The notes beneath the pieces are model-generated. The model saw only the letters and a program-made list of their open reading frames with translations, made no database searches and had not been told where the DNA came from. From a virus (lineage: Duplodnaviria > Caudoviricetes), in IMG/VR virus record IMGVR_UViG_3300044728_000115, positions 1 through 48,675 of that record: a stretch of 48,675 bases of DNA; one strand, written 5' to 3'. The first letter of the stretch is position 1. Each line of letters starts with the position of its first letter. Of the stretch, positions 19,015 to 27,510 are shown piece by piece. A program made the translations under genes and the position numbers.

Positions 19015-19585
19015 TCACTTCCCTCTCGATGATCCGGCGCATGGTGAGGTCGCGCGTGCTTGCCGCCGCCAATCCCGCGAACTCACTCCTGACCACGCCC
19101 GCCATGTTGTCGATCATTTCCTCGTAGACTTCCAATGGAATGAGCCGCCCCAGCCGCTGCTTGGTGCGCGTCTCGATGTCCTGCGCCTTAGCATCCTTGA
19201 TGCGTGCGTCCGCCGCTGATCTTGTCGAGCGCCGGTCTTCGTCACGCAGGTACTTCACGAAGCCGCTGCATGCCTCGATGAGATTGTATTTGCCCCTGCC
19301 CCTGTTGATCAGCACCTTGTACCAGCCGTCCTGCGAGAGCTGCTTGACCCGCGCAGCGCTGACGCCCCAGCACTCTGCGAGCATGTTTGTCTCGACTTCG
19401 TACTGGTGCTCGCGCGCGTGCTTGACGAAGCCTTGGATCAGGTCCTTCAGCCAATAGCGTCCCGGTGCGATGGGGGTGAACGCGCCGTCCCGCTCCAGCG
19501 CCTTGAGGTCCGATGGCTTGTCCAGCAGGAGCAGGAGCATGGCCTGCTCGGTCGTCACTGTGCCTGCCTCGGGTTCTCCAGCCAT
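18854..19585 (-). CDS. Terminase small subunit (Nu1-like) with a tandem-duplicated winged HTH
   Basis: LAECWGVSAARVKQLSQDGW...GKYNLIEACSGFVKYLR plus an upstream copy LKALERDGAF...GRYWLKDLIQGFVKH; coiled coil; RBS AGGGAAGG before ATG 19585. Confidence 0.8.
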   Translation of the reverse strand: MAGEPEAGTVTTEQAMLLLLLDKPSDLKALERDGAFTPIAPGRYWLKDLIQGFVKHAREHQYEVETNMLAECWGVSAARVKQLSQDGWYKVLINRGRGKYNLIEACSGFVKYLRDEDRRSTRSAADARIKDAKAQDIETRTKQRLGRLIPLEVYEEMIDNMAGVVRSEFAGLAAASTRDLTMRRIIEREVNARLRRIAEHAMAQAIRLETNGGADDAVRANGARHLGGDQPNIPINGSGAGTT

Positions 19586-19657
19586 GGTGTCGCCTTCCCT
19601 GTTGGTGGCGCGCGCCAGCCGGTCCGCTCGACCAGCCGCCGCCGCAGGATGCTGTTG

Positions 19658-19908
19658 GAACAAATGAAATACGCCTGTTGGCAGAACAAATGAAGCCCAA
19701 GGTTCCTGTCGGACCAGCTCCCAGCTGGGTCTTGGAACTTTTTGCCGGGACCGGGACCGGGAAAGCTGACCTTTTCGACCATTGGCCCCGCCGCTGACCT
19801 CCGGTGAGTTTTCAGGTGGGTCGTGGGGTCTGGAGCCACGACCATAGCCCGAGGGTGCCGGGATGCAGCCCAGTGGGAAATGGACTTTTCAAATGCGGAA
19901 CAAATGAA
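19658..19908. repeat. Three direct repeats GAACAAATGAA
   Basis: Exact copies at 19658, 19684 and 19898 in the divergent terS/amidoligase intergenic region. Confidence 0.75.
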
Positions 19909-20066
19909 GTCCGTCCTGCAGCCAGCGATGGCCCCTCCTGCAATGCAGAAAAAAGCGAAGGCTGACTTCCCTTTTCCGAAAGCCGATGGCATGTCGTGGG
20001 GGTCGCGGCGGACACCGCGACGCGGACCGGAAACCCGGTTCCGCCACTCTCCAATCGGAGGCTAAA

Positions 20067-21104
20067 ATGCACGCTTCTCTTACTGCTTTCACGTTCGGCG
20101 CGGAGTTTGAAGTTCTTGTCCCGCCGCAGTTCACTCGCCATACGGCTGCTCGTGAGTTGAGCCGTCGCGCTGGTCTGCCGGTCCACTCGGACATGGGTGG
20201 TTGCCCCGCAGGCTCTTGGAAGGTCGTCTCGGACATGAGCGTCCGTGGTTCGGGCTTCAATGGCCTTGAGTTCGTTTCCCCGATCTTGAAGGGCGACGAT
20301 GGCCTTGAGCAGGTTCGCAAGATTGCGGATGCGCTCTTGGCGATGGGATGCACGGTCAACCAGACCTGCGGCCTGCATGTTCACGTGGGTGGTCACGGTG
20401 GCCAGCTCAGCTTCTACAAAAATCTTGTAAAGCTGTATGGCCGCTTTGAGGACGTGATCGACACGTTCATGCCGCGCTCGCGCCGTGGCAACGTCGCGAC
20501 CTACTGCCGCTCCGTCAAGCTGGGTGCTGCCCAGATTGATAACTGCACCAGCGCGCAGGACATTGCGAACGTGCTGACCCGCGCTTCCCGTGCGGACGCT
20601 GCCAAGTACCACAAAGTGAACTTGGTGCCGATGGGCAAGCCGACCGTTGAGTTCCGGCACCATGCCGGGACGGTGGACAGCCGAAAGGCAATCAACTGGA
20701 TCATCAAGTGCCTCCGCATGGTTCTGGCGGCGCGTGAAGGTCGGGTTGGTGAAGGCGCTCTAATGGCTCTTGAAGTTGCGATGCTCGCGCTGAAGACCCG
20801 CGCGGTTGTCGAAATGTGCAGCCAGCCGAATGGTGCGACCATCCGCGAGATTTGCGAGCGGTTCGGTTTCTCCACCGTGAGCGTCAAGCGCCATGCTCGC
20901 TTGGCTGGCGTCGCCTTCTCCCAGCGTGGTGAGCGCTTTTTCATCACCCCGATGGTCCCGGTCGCGGGTGGCACTGCTGCCCCGGTGACCGTGCAGGGTC
21001 TCTCCCAGCTGCTGGGTGAGACCACTGAGGAGACGGAGTTCTTCGTCAGCCGCGTGCATGCACTGGCCGACGCGGAGCTGGCCAATGCGGGGATGACCCG
21101 CTGA
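20067..21104 (+). CDS. Amidoligase (COOH-NH2 ligase, Amidoligase_2) with a C-terminal DUF3489-like wHTH
   Basis: FGAEFEV, WKVVSD.S, LEFVSPIL, CGLHVHVG, SRRGN..YC, KYHKVNL, TVEFRHHAGT; RBS GGAGG. Confidence 0.9.
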   Translation: MHASLTAFTFGAEFEVLVPPQFTRHTAARELSRRAGLPVHSDMGGCPAGSWKVVSDMSVRGSGFNGLEFVSPILKGDDGLEQVRKIADALLAMGCTVNQTCGLHVHVGGHGGQLSFYKNLVKLYGRFEDVIDTFMPRSRRGNVATYCRSVKLGAAQIDNCTSAQDIANVLTRASRADAAKYHKVNLVPMGKPTVEFRHHAGTVDSRKAINWIIKCLRMVLAAREGRVGEGALMALEVAMLALKTRAVVEMCSQPNGATIREICERFGFSTVSVKRHARLAGVAFSQRGERFFITPMVPVAGGTAAPVTVQGLSQLLGETTEETEFFVSRVHALADAELANAGMTR

Positions 21105-21113
21105 TCTGCAACT

Positions 21114-21146
21114 GCACCCCGCGCGAATGCGGGGTGCCACTTTTTT
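21114..21146 (+). terminator. Rho-independent terminator
   Basis: GCACCCCGC-gcgaat-GCGGGGTGC then CACTTTTTT. Confidence 0.75.
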
Positions 21147-21160
21147 CGATGGAGCAAACG

Positions 21161-21901
21161 ATGACCCTGTATTTCGCATATGGATCGAACCTGAACCTTC
21201 AACAGATGCAGCGCCGCTGCCCTGACGCGACGCCGATGGACAAGCTGTACCTGCAGAAATGGAAGCTCGTCTTTCGCGGCGTGGCTGATGTCGTCCCCTC
21301 GGATGACCACTGCGTTCCCGGTGGACTGTGGAAGCTAACGAAGCGATGCGAGGCCGCTCTCGACCGCTATGAGGGCTGGCACCCCGACCAGAATGGCATG
21401 TACCGAAAGGTGACTGTCGCGGTGGATGGCCTGCCAGACGGCGAGACGCACGTGATGATGTACGTGATGAACTCGACCGGCATCTGCCCGCCTGCGGTGA
21501 GCTACTTCGACGGCATTCGAGCTGGCTACAAAGATTTCGGCTTGAAGGTCGCGGCGCTCACCTTGGCGCTGAAGCACTCGCACGATGAGAAGCGACTGTC
21601 GCACGTCGAACGAAAGCGATTGAGGCGCAACGGCAGACCAGCGCTGAAGGGTGACCCGCGCACGAAGGTGCAGACCGGTCCAGTCCGCGAATGGCCTGAT
21701 GACGCGCACAAGGTCCGCCGCGACCGTGAGGCCAGCCGGTGGACTGAAATCCGCGAGCGAGCGCAAGAGGCTGATCGCGCGAGCGCTGCCCTCAAAGCGA
21801 AGCCGTCCCGTGAGTGGGTGGACCGGACAGCGAAGCGAAGCCGGATGAACACCCTGTCGGAGTGGCTGGAGGACCAGAAGGCGTCTGGCAACCGGTTCTG
21901 A
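21161..21901 (+). CDS. Gamma-glutamylcyclotransferase (AIG2-like) with a basic C-terminal tail
   Basis: LYFAYGSNLN..QM..RCP, L.FRGVADV, VPGGLW, LDRYEG, P..SYF..I..GY. Confidence 0.9.
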   Translation: MTLYFAYGSNLNLQQMQRRCPDATPMDKLYLQKWKLVFRGVADVVPSDDHCVPGGLWKLTKRCEAALDRYEGWHPDQNGMYRKVTVAVDGLPDGETHVMMYVMNSTGICPPAVSYFDGIRAGYKDFGLKVAALTLALKHSHDEKRLSHVERKRLRRNGRPALKGDPRTKVQTGPVREWPDDAHKVRRDREASRWTEIRERAQEADRASAALKAKPSREWVDRTAKRSRMNTLSEWLEDQKASGNRF

Positions 21902-22147
21902 GCAGGGTGGGCGCACAGTGCGCCCGCCACTGCTGGGGCCATAGACCTACCCTGACCTCCAATCCGTGCAGCCAGCGTGTCCCCCAGTGAGTGGGGGACT
22001 TGCTGCCGTAAATGCTGGGCTTCCCGCTATGCGCGAATGCTCGACCAGCCCTGTCCAGATAAAAGCGAAGGTTGGCTTCTCAAATGCAGGCAGGGTTGCT
22101 TGATGGAGGGGGCGGGCAGGACCCGCAGCAAACCGGAGTTTTCAAAA

Positions 22148-22366
22148 ATGCCCCGCGCTCTCTCAGGCTTCACGGTTTTCCAGCCGGTCCCCGGCTCGAA
22201 TTTCCCTCGCCCGCTTTTCGTCATCCGCGCGCGCAGCAAAGCGCAAGCGGAACGCCACGCGCGCGCGCTCGTCCCCGGCGAGGTTCTCGTTTTCGGTCCG
22301 GTCAATCCGCGCGGACCACTCGCCCGCGACATCGCGCGCGACCCTAACGCCATCATCGCGGCTTAA
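22148..22366 (+). CDS. Hypothetical protein
   Basis: ATG after CCGGAG; MPRALSGFTVFQPVPG... Confidence 0.55.
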   Translation: MPRALSGFTVFQPVPGSNFPRPLFVIRARSKAQAERHARALVPGEVLVFGPVNPRGPLARDIARDPNAIIAA

Positions 22367-22416
22367 CCCCACGCGGGGAGGGCGGACACCCTCCCCCAAA
22401 TTTGCAGGAGACTAAA

Positions 22417-23151
22417 ATGCACTCGTTCAAAAAAGTCGGCACCGATTGGTGCGTCTACTCTCTGACTGGCCAGACCGGCCAGACTGTCACCGTGACGAAG
22501 CGCAACGGCCAGACCAGCCAAGTGGTGCTGGGCGCGCAGGTGGCCCCGCTGACCTTTGCGATTGGCCGTGCGCCAGCCGCAGCTCCGCGTGCCGCTGAAG
22601 TGGTTGGTGACCTCTCGCGCATCGTTGCGATGTTCGGTCGCGCCGCTCGCCAGCTGCGCTTCCCCGCGATTGTGCTTGATGGGTTCCGCGTCTCGATTGC
22701 CGGTGGTCGCGCCGCTCAGCCGGGTTCGCTGACCGTGACTGGCGTGGACGCGGTGTTCAACTCCTACCGTGGTCGGACTGAGCGCCCGTGGTTCGGTCGC
22801 GTCTCGACTGCCGGTGAGTTCCAGCCGGGACGCAATGCGCCCGATGGTCTGGGTGAGAAGCTGCGCCGCTTTGCAGCTGATCCCGCAGGTGAGGCTGCTG
22901 CGCATGGTCGCCTGACCGGGCGTTGCTGCTTCTGCAATCACCGCCTCGGTGAGGGTGATGACCGCCGTTCGGTGGACATTGGCTACGGTCCAGATTGCGC
23001 GGACCGGTACGGTCTGCCGTGGGGCACTCGCGCCGCACGTGAGGCTGTCGCCGCGCAGGATGACACCGCCAATCTCGCTGACGATGAGATGGGCATCAAC
23101 CGCCCGCAGATGCTGGCCGCGCCGAATGGCAACACCCCGGTGGTGGCGTGA
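22417..23151 (+). CDS. DUF6011-like zinc-ribbon protein
   Basis: AAAHGRLTGRCCFCNHRL...RSVDIGYGPDCA; RBS CAGGAG. Confidence 0.75.
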   Translation: MHSFKKVGTDWCVYSLTGQTGQTVTVTKRNGQTSQVVLGAQVAPLTFAIGRAPAAAPRAAEVVGDLSRIVAMFGRAARQLRFPAIVLDGFRVSIAGGRAAQPGSLTVTGVDAVFNSYRGRTERPWFGRVSTAGEFQPGRNAPDGLGEKLRRFAADPAGEAAAHGRLTGRCCFCNHRLGEGDDRRSVDIGYGPDCADRYGLPWGTRAAREAVAAQDDTANLADDEMGINRPQMLAAPNGNTPVVA

Positions 23152-23342
23152 TGCGCGACCACCGCCACACCTTCTCCCGCGATGGCGCTGGTCTGCAGCG
23201 CCTTCGCAACTCGCCAAATGCCCTGCTGCTGCGGCTGGAGACAGTCCGTCAGCAGGAGCAGGCCCTGATCGCCGCGCGCAAGCGCATTGATGCCCAACGA
23301 GCTGCCCTCGCGCGCGTGAAGCGCCAACTGGATGGAGAGTGA
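23151..23342 (+). CDS. Small coiled-coil hypothetical protein
   Basis: TGATG coupling; C-terminal heptads. Confidence 0.5.
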   Translation: MRDHRHTFSRDGAGLQRLRNSPNALLLRLETVRQQEQALIAARKRIDAQRAALARVKRQLDGE

Positions 23343-23343
23343 A

Positions 23344-23730
23344 ATGCCGAGCTATATCCTCAAAGCAACCGGTGCGATCCGGTACAACCGCCGCAATGTT
23401 GGCCGCGTCGTGCGCGCGACCAGCGGTCTGTGGGTGGCTGAGATTGGTCGGCACCGCGTCGTGAATGCCGACAAGTCCACGGCGTTCCGTGAGGTGGTCG
23501 CGCTCGCCGCTGGCTTCTCTAGCTCCGCAGCGATGCGCGCCCATAACGCGGGCATCCGCCGCCAGAACGCCGCCAACCGCGCCGCCGTGCGCTCCGCGTG
23601 GCGCAACCAGCCGCCCGCGCGCGTGAGCCGCCCGACACCTGAAATGATCGAGGGCATTCAGCAAGGTGCCATCGCAGTGGGTGAGACCCCGCTGACCGTC
23701 GAACAAATCCTTGCCTCATGGAGAGCGTGA
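23344..23730 (+). CDS. Hypothetical protein
   Basis: MPSYILKATG... after GGAGAG; coupled within the operon. Confidence 0.6.
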   Translation: MPSYILKATGAIRYNRRNVGRVVRATSGLWVAEIGRHRVVNADKSTAFREVVALAAGFSSSAAMRAHNAGIRRQNAANRAAVRSAWRNQPPARVSRPTPEMIEGIQQGAIAVGETPLTVEQILASWRA

Positions 23731-23894
23731 TGACTGACCGATTTGCGACCCTGACGAAGGCTTGCGGTGGTGCCTTGACCATCGAGACGCTGACTGAGTT
23801 CCAGAAAGCGATGCGTGAGTACGAAGTGTTCATGAGCGGGATGCGGGAGCTGCTGGCTCCGGTCCGCGATACCAGAAAGGACGATGAGCGATGA
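23730..23894 (+). CDS. Small hypothetical protein (54 aa)
   Basis: Manual translation MTDRFATLTKACGGALTIETLTEFQKAMREYEVF...; overlaps both neighbours (TGATG and ATGA). Confidence 0.55.
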   Translation: MTDRFATLTKACGGALTIETLTEFQKAMREYEVFMSGMRELLAPVRDTRKDDER

Positions 23895-24316
23895 AAGTGT
23901 TCGTGTACGGCACCCTGAAGCGTGGGTGCAGCAACAATTACCACCTGCGCAATGCGGTGTTCCTTGGCGAGGCGACCACGGTGGAGCCGTTCGCCATGGT
24001 GAATGTCGGCTTCCCCTTCATGATCCGCCAGACTGAGGGCGCGCATCCGGTCAAGGGTGAGCTGTACGACATTGGCGATGACAAGCAGACGCTCTCTGAC
24101 CTCGACCGACTTGAGGGCGAGGGCAGGATGTACGACCGCGTCACCGGGTACGTCTGGTGCGGTGGCGACCACGTCTACGCCAGCTTCTACGTGAGGTGCG
24201 AGGGCAGGCCGGTCCACGGCGCGCTGATGACGCCCGGTCGGTTTGACCAGCTGGAATGGCTCCCGCACCGCGCTGAGTGGATCGACGATTACGAGGCTGA
24301 TGCCGAGGACCGCTGA
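23891..24316 (+). CDS. Second gamma-glutamylcyclotransferase (GGACT/YtfP-like)
   Basis: MKVFVYGTLKRG.SN...L, VKGELY, L.DLDRLEG...Y.R. Confidence 0.9.
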   Translation: MKVFVYGTLKRGCSNNYHLRNAVFLGEATTVEPFAMVNVGFPFMIRQTEGAHPVKGELYDIGDDKQTLSDLDRLEGEGRMYDRVTGYVWCGGDHVYASFYVRCEGRPVHGALMTPGRFDQLEWLPHRAEWIDDYEADAEDR

Positions 24317-24335
24317 CTGTCGATTTCTCAAAGAT

Positions 24336-24368
24336 AAGGTAGACTTCTCTAAGCCGATTGCTATGTTT
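24336..24368 (+). promoter_or_regulatory. Putative sigma70-type promoter
   Basis: TAGACT-N16-TATGTT in the intergenic gap; related AAGG.TG.CTT motifs at about 19958 and 22068. Confidence 0.5.
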
Positions 24369-24427
24369 TCCCTACCGGTCACGGTGACCACCGGTCCAAG
24401 CGTCACCAGTCTTGAATGAGGTTAGTC

Positions 24428-24697
24428 ATGAAGTTCGTTACTCTGAACATGGTCGAACGAGGCGCGTTTGACGAGGACACCGGCACCTATGGTGAGGGGT
24501 CCAAGCCGACCATCGTCAACGCCAGCTGCATCCGCTGCTTCTACAGCCGCAAGGATGGCAAGCCGGGGACGCGCATCACCTTCAACGATGGCGGCGGGTT
24601 CGCCGTCACTGAGCTGGTCGATGCGGTCGCTCTGGCCGTCGCGGGCGGTGAGGTCGCCGCACAGCTGACCGTCGCTCACGAAGCGGCTGTCGCCTAA
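24428..24697 (+). CDS. Hypothetical protein
   Basis: MKFVTLNMVE...GTRITFNDGGGFAVTE; RBS GAGG. Confidence 0.65.
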   Translation: MKFVTLNMVERGAFDEDTGTYGEGSKPTIVNASCIRCFYSRKDGKPGTRITFNDGGGFAVTELVDAVALAVAGGEVAAQLTVAHEAAVA

Positions 24698-24757
24698 TCC
24701 AACGCAACCCGTGGGGCAGGTCATCCGGCCTGCCCCCGCTCGCATGAGGTGCTTGTC

Positions 24758-24910
24758 ATGGAAATCAAGGAAGCCGTTCTGATCGTGCTTGAGTTGGCCC
24801 GCCAGAACGCACTGAACGAAGTTGACGCCGCCGCCGATGACCTCACTGAGGAACAAGAGCGGCAGCAACACGCGCTTGCAATGGTGCAGCGCTGGACAGA
24901 TGGAGAGTGA
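24758..24910 (+). CDS. Small acidic hypothetical protein (50 aa)
   Basis: Manual translation MEIKEAVLIVLELARQNALNEVD...; RBS GAGGT. Confidence 0.55.
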   Translation: MEIKEAVLIVLELARQNALNEVDAAADDLTEEQERQQHALAMVQRWTDGE

Positions 24911-25133
24911 AGTGCCTGCCAAGAAGCGAACGTCGCACGAGCAGAAATTGCGTGACCGCGAGATTGAACTCGCGTTCCGCGCTGCCTGCAGCGGCATCCC
25001 GATCAAGCTGATGGACGTCCCCAAGGTGTATGCCGAAGGTCGTCGCCTCATGGCTGCGGGCGTCAGCGACCAGCCGAACCTTCGCGCCGGTCTGCTGGTG
25101 TTCGTCCAGTCCATGGTCGTTGAGTATGCGTAG
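24900..25133 (+). CDS. Hypothetical protein
   Basis: Coupled ORF ...IELAFRAACSGIPIKLMDVPKVYAEG...; start uncertain. Confidence 0.55.
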   Translation: MESEVPAKKRTSHEQKLRDREIELAFRAACSGIPIKLMDVPKVYAEGRRLMAAGVSDQPNLRAGLLVFVQSMVVEYA

Positions 25134-25371
25134 GATCGAGATGACTGGACGCCGGTTCGGCAGACTGGTTGTTCTATCCAAAGCGAAGCCCACGATCCGC
25201 AGCAACGGGCAACCGCTGCTGCGGTATCGCGCGCTCTGCGACTGCGGTCGCAAGACCACCGTGCAGGGCAACAATCTGCGGAACGGCAACACGCGCAGCT
25301 GCGGCTGCATCGAAGACAAACCACCGGGGCAATTCCGCCTCAGAAGCAGGAGCAAAGCAAATGATGCCTGA
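25126..25371 (+). CDS. Isolated N-terminal zinc module of the HNH/AP2 homing-endonuclease type
   Basis: MTGRRFGRLVV...CDCG...L..G.TRSCGC; no nuclease domain follows. Confidence 0.7.
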   Translation: MRRIEMTGRRFGRLVVLSKAKPTIRSNGQPLLRYRALCDCGRKTTVQGNNLRNGNTRSCGCIEDKPPGQFRLRSRSKANDA

Positions 25372-25957
25372 GACCCACCACAAGCTGCCAGCGATGGCAT
25401 GCTTGTCGGCCATGCAGAAGGCAGTACGACGAGGCATGGAGCGGGAGGCAATGGAGTTCGCGGTTGAGCTGATCCACACGTCGAAGGCATACCACTCGAT
25501 GGTCTGCAAGCGGCTGGAGATTATCTCGCATGAGGACATTGATACGGGTGCGAACCCGACCATCGTGCCGTTCGTCGCCACTGCTGTTGCGCAAGCAATG
25601 AAGTGGTACGACCCGGCAAAGCTCGGCGCGTCGCGCATGTGCATTGGCAACGCCATTCGCCTGATGTGCCGCGCCGTGAAGTCGCGCGAGGGCGATCACT
25701 TCGCCATCGCTGTCGGTCAAGGCAACCTGATCGGCAACAAAGTGCCTGTCATCCCCGATTGGGCGAAGGACGGGCACACCTATGAGGGCAAGAAGATGGG
25801 GCGGGGTCTCGCTTACTTTCGCGAGCACAGCGCTCAGCTTGTCCCCGAACCTGAGAAGGACCAGTACGAAGACGAAGCGTACCGGATGCTAGAGCTGAAG
25901 CTGAAGAAGACCAAGTCCAAGCCTGCAGTGGGCGAGGACCTGTTCTCTGACGAGTGA
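25361..25957 (+). CDS. RarA/MgsA C-terminal-like helical protein lacking the ATPase domain
   Basis: SAMQKAVRRG...A...KRL.IISHEDID..A.P...K SRE.D...IPDWAKD.HT..GK.MGRG; RBS CAGGAG. Confidence 0.7.
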   Translation: MMPETHHKLPAMACLSAMQKAVRRGMEREAMEFAVELIHTSKAYHSMVCKRLEIISHEDIDTGANPTIVPFVATAVAQAMKWYDPAKLGASRMCIGNAIRLMCRAVKSREGDHFAIAVGQGNLIGNKVPVIPDWAKDGHTYEGKKMGRGLAYFREHSAQLVPEPEKDQYEDEAYRMLELKLKKTKSKPAVGEDLFSDE

Positions 25958-26009
25958 TTTCGACGGGCGTGGCCATGGTGGTCACGCCCGAACCACATGG
26001 GAGCAAGCC

Positions 26010-26255
26010 ATGAAGCTGACTGACCACGATGCCTATGGGCATCCTGCCTACGAGAGCGGCGTCGCCAATGCGGTGCGTCGCGCGCGTGACAACCCCGGTG
26101 ACTGCTTCTCCGTCTACTATGACGGTGATGCGATCTTCGTCCGCGCCTCTGAGGCTGCGCCGCCGCCGAACAGCAAGTGCATCTGCATCGCACAGCGCTG
26201 GAACGACAAGACGGTGCAGCTGCGGTTCGATGGGGCGCGATCCGAATGGAGATGA
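26010..26255 (+). CDS. Hypothetical protein
   Basis: ATG after GGGAG. Confidence 0.55.
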   Translation: MKLTDHDAYGHPAYESGVANAVRRARDNPGDCFSVYYDGDAIFVRASEAAPPPNSKCICIAQRWNDKTVQLRFDGARSEWR

Positions 26256-26443
26256 ACCCGCGTCACCGCTACATCTTCGACCTGAAGTGCCCGCACTGCG
26301 GTCGGCAGCACATGCAATGGGTGGGCAGGGACGTGGACCGTGAGCCGCGCATCTACTGCCTGCAGTGCCTGAAGGCTGGCCGCGAGAAAATAGAGTTTGA
26401 AATCGTCCGCGTGACCGTGGACATCAATGGAGCTGACCGATGA
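26252..26443 (+). CDS. Small zinc-finger protein
   Basis: MNPRHRYIFDLKCPHCG...YCLQC; ATGA coupling on both sides. Confidence 0.55.
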   Translation: MNPRHRYIFDLKCPHCGRQHMQWVGRDVDREPRIYCLQCLKAGREKIEFEIVRVTVDINGADR

Positions 26444-26703
26444 GAACGATCTTTGTTGCACTGCTCGTCCTGCTACCGCACGACCTGCATGCCCAGTCCA
26501 GAGTAGTGTACGGAACGGATGGCCGCGCGCAGAGCACCATCCATGATAACCAGCGCGGTGAGATAACCCAGTACGATGCCAAGACTGGGCGTGTCGAAGC
26601 CAGAGCCACCCGGCACTCGGATGGGTCTGTCACCGTCTACGGCGAGGACGGCAGGGTGAAGGAGCGAATTTCACCGGCTGATCCCCGCAGCCGCCGCCCT
26701 TGA
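26440..26703 (+). CDS. Small secreted beta-repeat protein
   Basis: Signal-peptide-like MRTIFVALLVLLPHDLHA; repeated YGTDGR/YDAKTGR/YGEDGR. Confidence 0.6.
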   Translation: MRTIFVALLVLLPHDLHAQSRVVYGTDGRAQSTIHDNQRGEITQYDAKTGRVEARATRHSDGSVTVYGEDGRVKERISPADPRSRRP

Positions 26704-27510
26704 GCTGCAGAACCAGTCCCACGTCTGCTTCAGTCCGTCAGCCAGCCCGGTTGATGGGCTGAAGCCGAACTCCTCCACCGCACCGCTGATGTCGATCTTC
26801 TCTGGCACTGCCTCGCCGCCTCGCGCGCGCATGGGGATCACGTCCAGCTGGAAGCCGCTGACCTTGACCAGCGTCTCGATCACCTTGTCGAGCCGAACCA
26901 GCTTGCCGCTGGCGAGGTTGAACTGACCCTCCGCTCCGGTGTCCACCGCCTTGATGATCCCCCTGCACAGGTCCTCCACGTAGACGAAGTCCCGCCGCTG
27001 CGAGCCGTCCCCATAGAGCTGGAATGGAATGCCATCCAGCAAGCTCCTACAGAGCGCAGGGATGGCCGTCTGCTTCTGGCCGCTCCACGGTCCATAGACA
27101 TTCCCGAACCGCAGCACGGTGGTCCGCAGCTGGTAGGAGTAGGCATAGGCCGAACAGTACGCCTCACCCGCCAGCTTGGACGCCGCATAGGGTGATCGTG
27201 GAGCACCGGACAGCGCGCCTGCCGTGCTGGCCATGAACAGCGCCACATTGTTCTGGCGGCAGCACTCCAGCAGCCGCTGGATGTTGGTCACGTTATCAAG
27301 GCTGACCTCGGGCTTCTGGATGGACTGCTCGACGCCCGTCTCGGCAGCGAGGTGGACCACTGCACTGCAGCCCGCCATCCTCGCCTCGATGCCGTAGCGC
27401 GATCCAAGGTCCTGACCTGTCTGGAGGTCGAACGGGACACCGCGATGCCCCAGCAGCTTCATGAGGTTGGTGCCGATGAACCCTGACGACCCGGTCACCA
27501 GCACTTTCAT
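26671..27510 (-). CDS. NAD-dependent NDP-sugar epimerase/dehydratase (extended SDR)
   Basis: KVLVTGSSGFIG, VVHLAA, SPYAASKLAGE (YxxxK), LRFGNVYGP, YGDGSQRRDFVYVED. Confidence 0.92.
   Translation of the reverse strand: MKVLVTGSSGFIGTNLMKLLGHRGVPFDLQTGQDLGSRYGIEARMAGCSAVVHLAAETGVEQSIQKPEVSLDNVTNIQRLLECCRQNNVALFMASTAGALSGAPRSPYAASKLAGEAYCSAYAYSYQLRTTVLRFGNVYGPWSGQKQTAIPALCRSLLDGIPFQLYGDGSQRRDFVYVEDLCRGIIKAVDTGAEGQFNLASGKLVRLDKVIETLVKVSGFQLDVIPMRARGGEAVPEKIDISGAVEEFGFSPSTGLADGLKQTWDWFCSSRAAAAGISR

Noticed and set aside
19658-19908. Canonical alphaproteobacterial LexA box
   Set aside because: Second half-sites (ATAC, GCCC, GTCC) do not match GAAC; kept only as an unexplained repeat.
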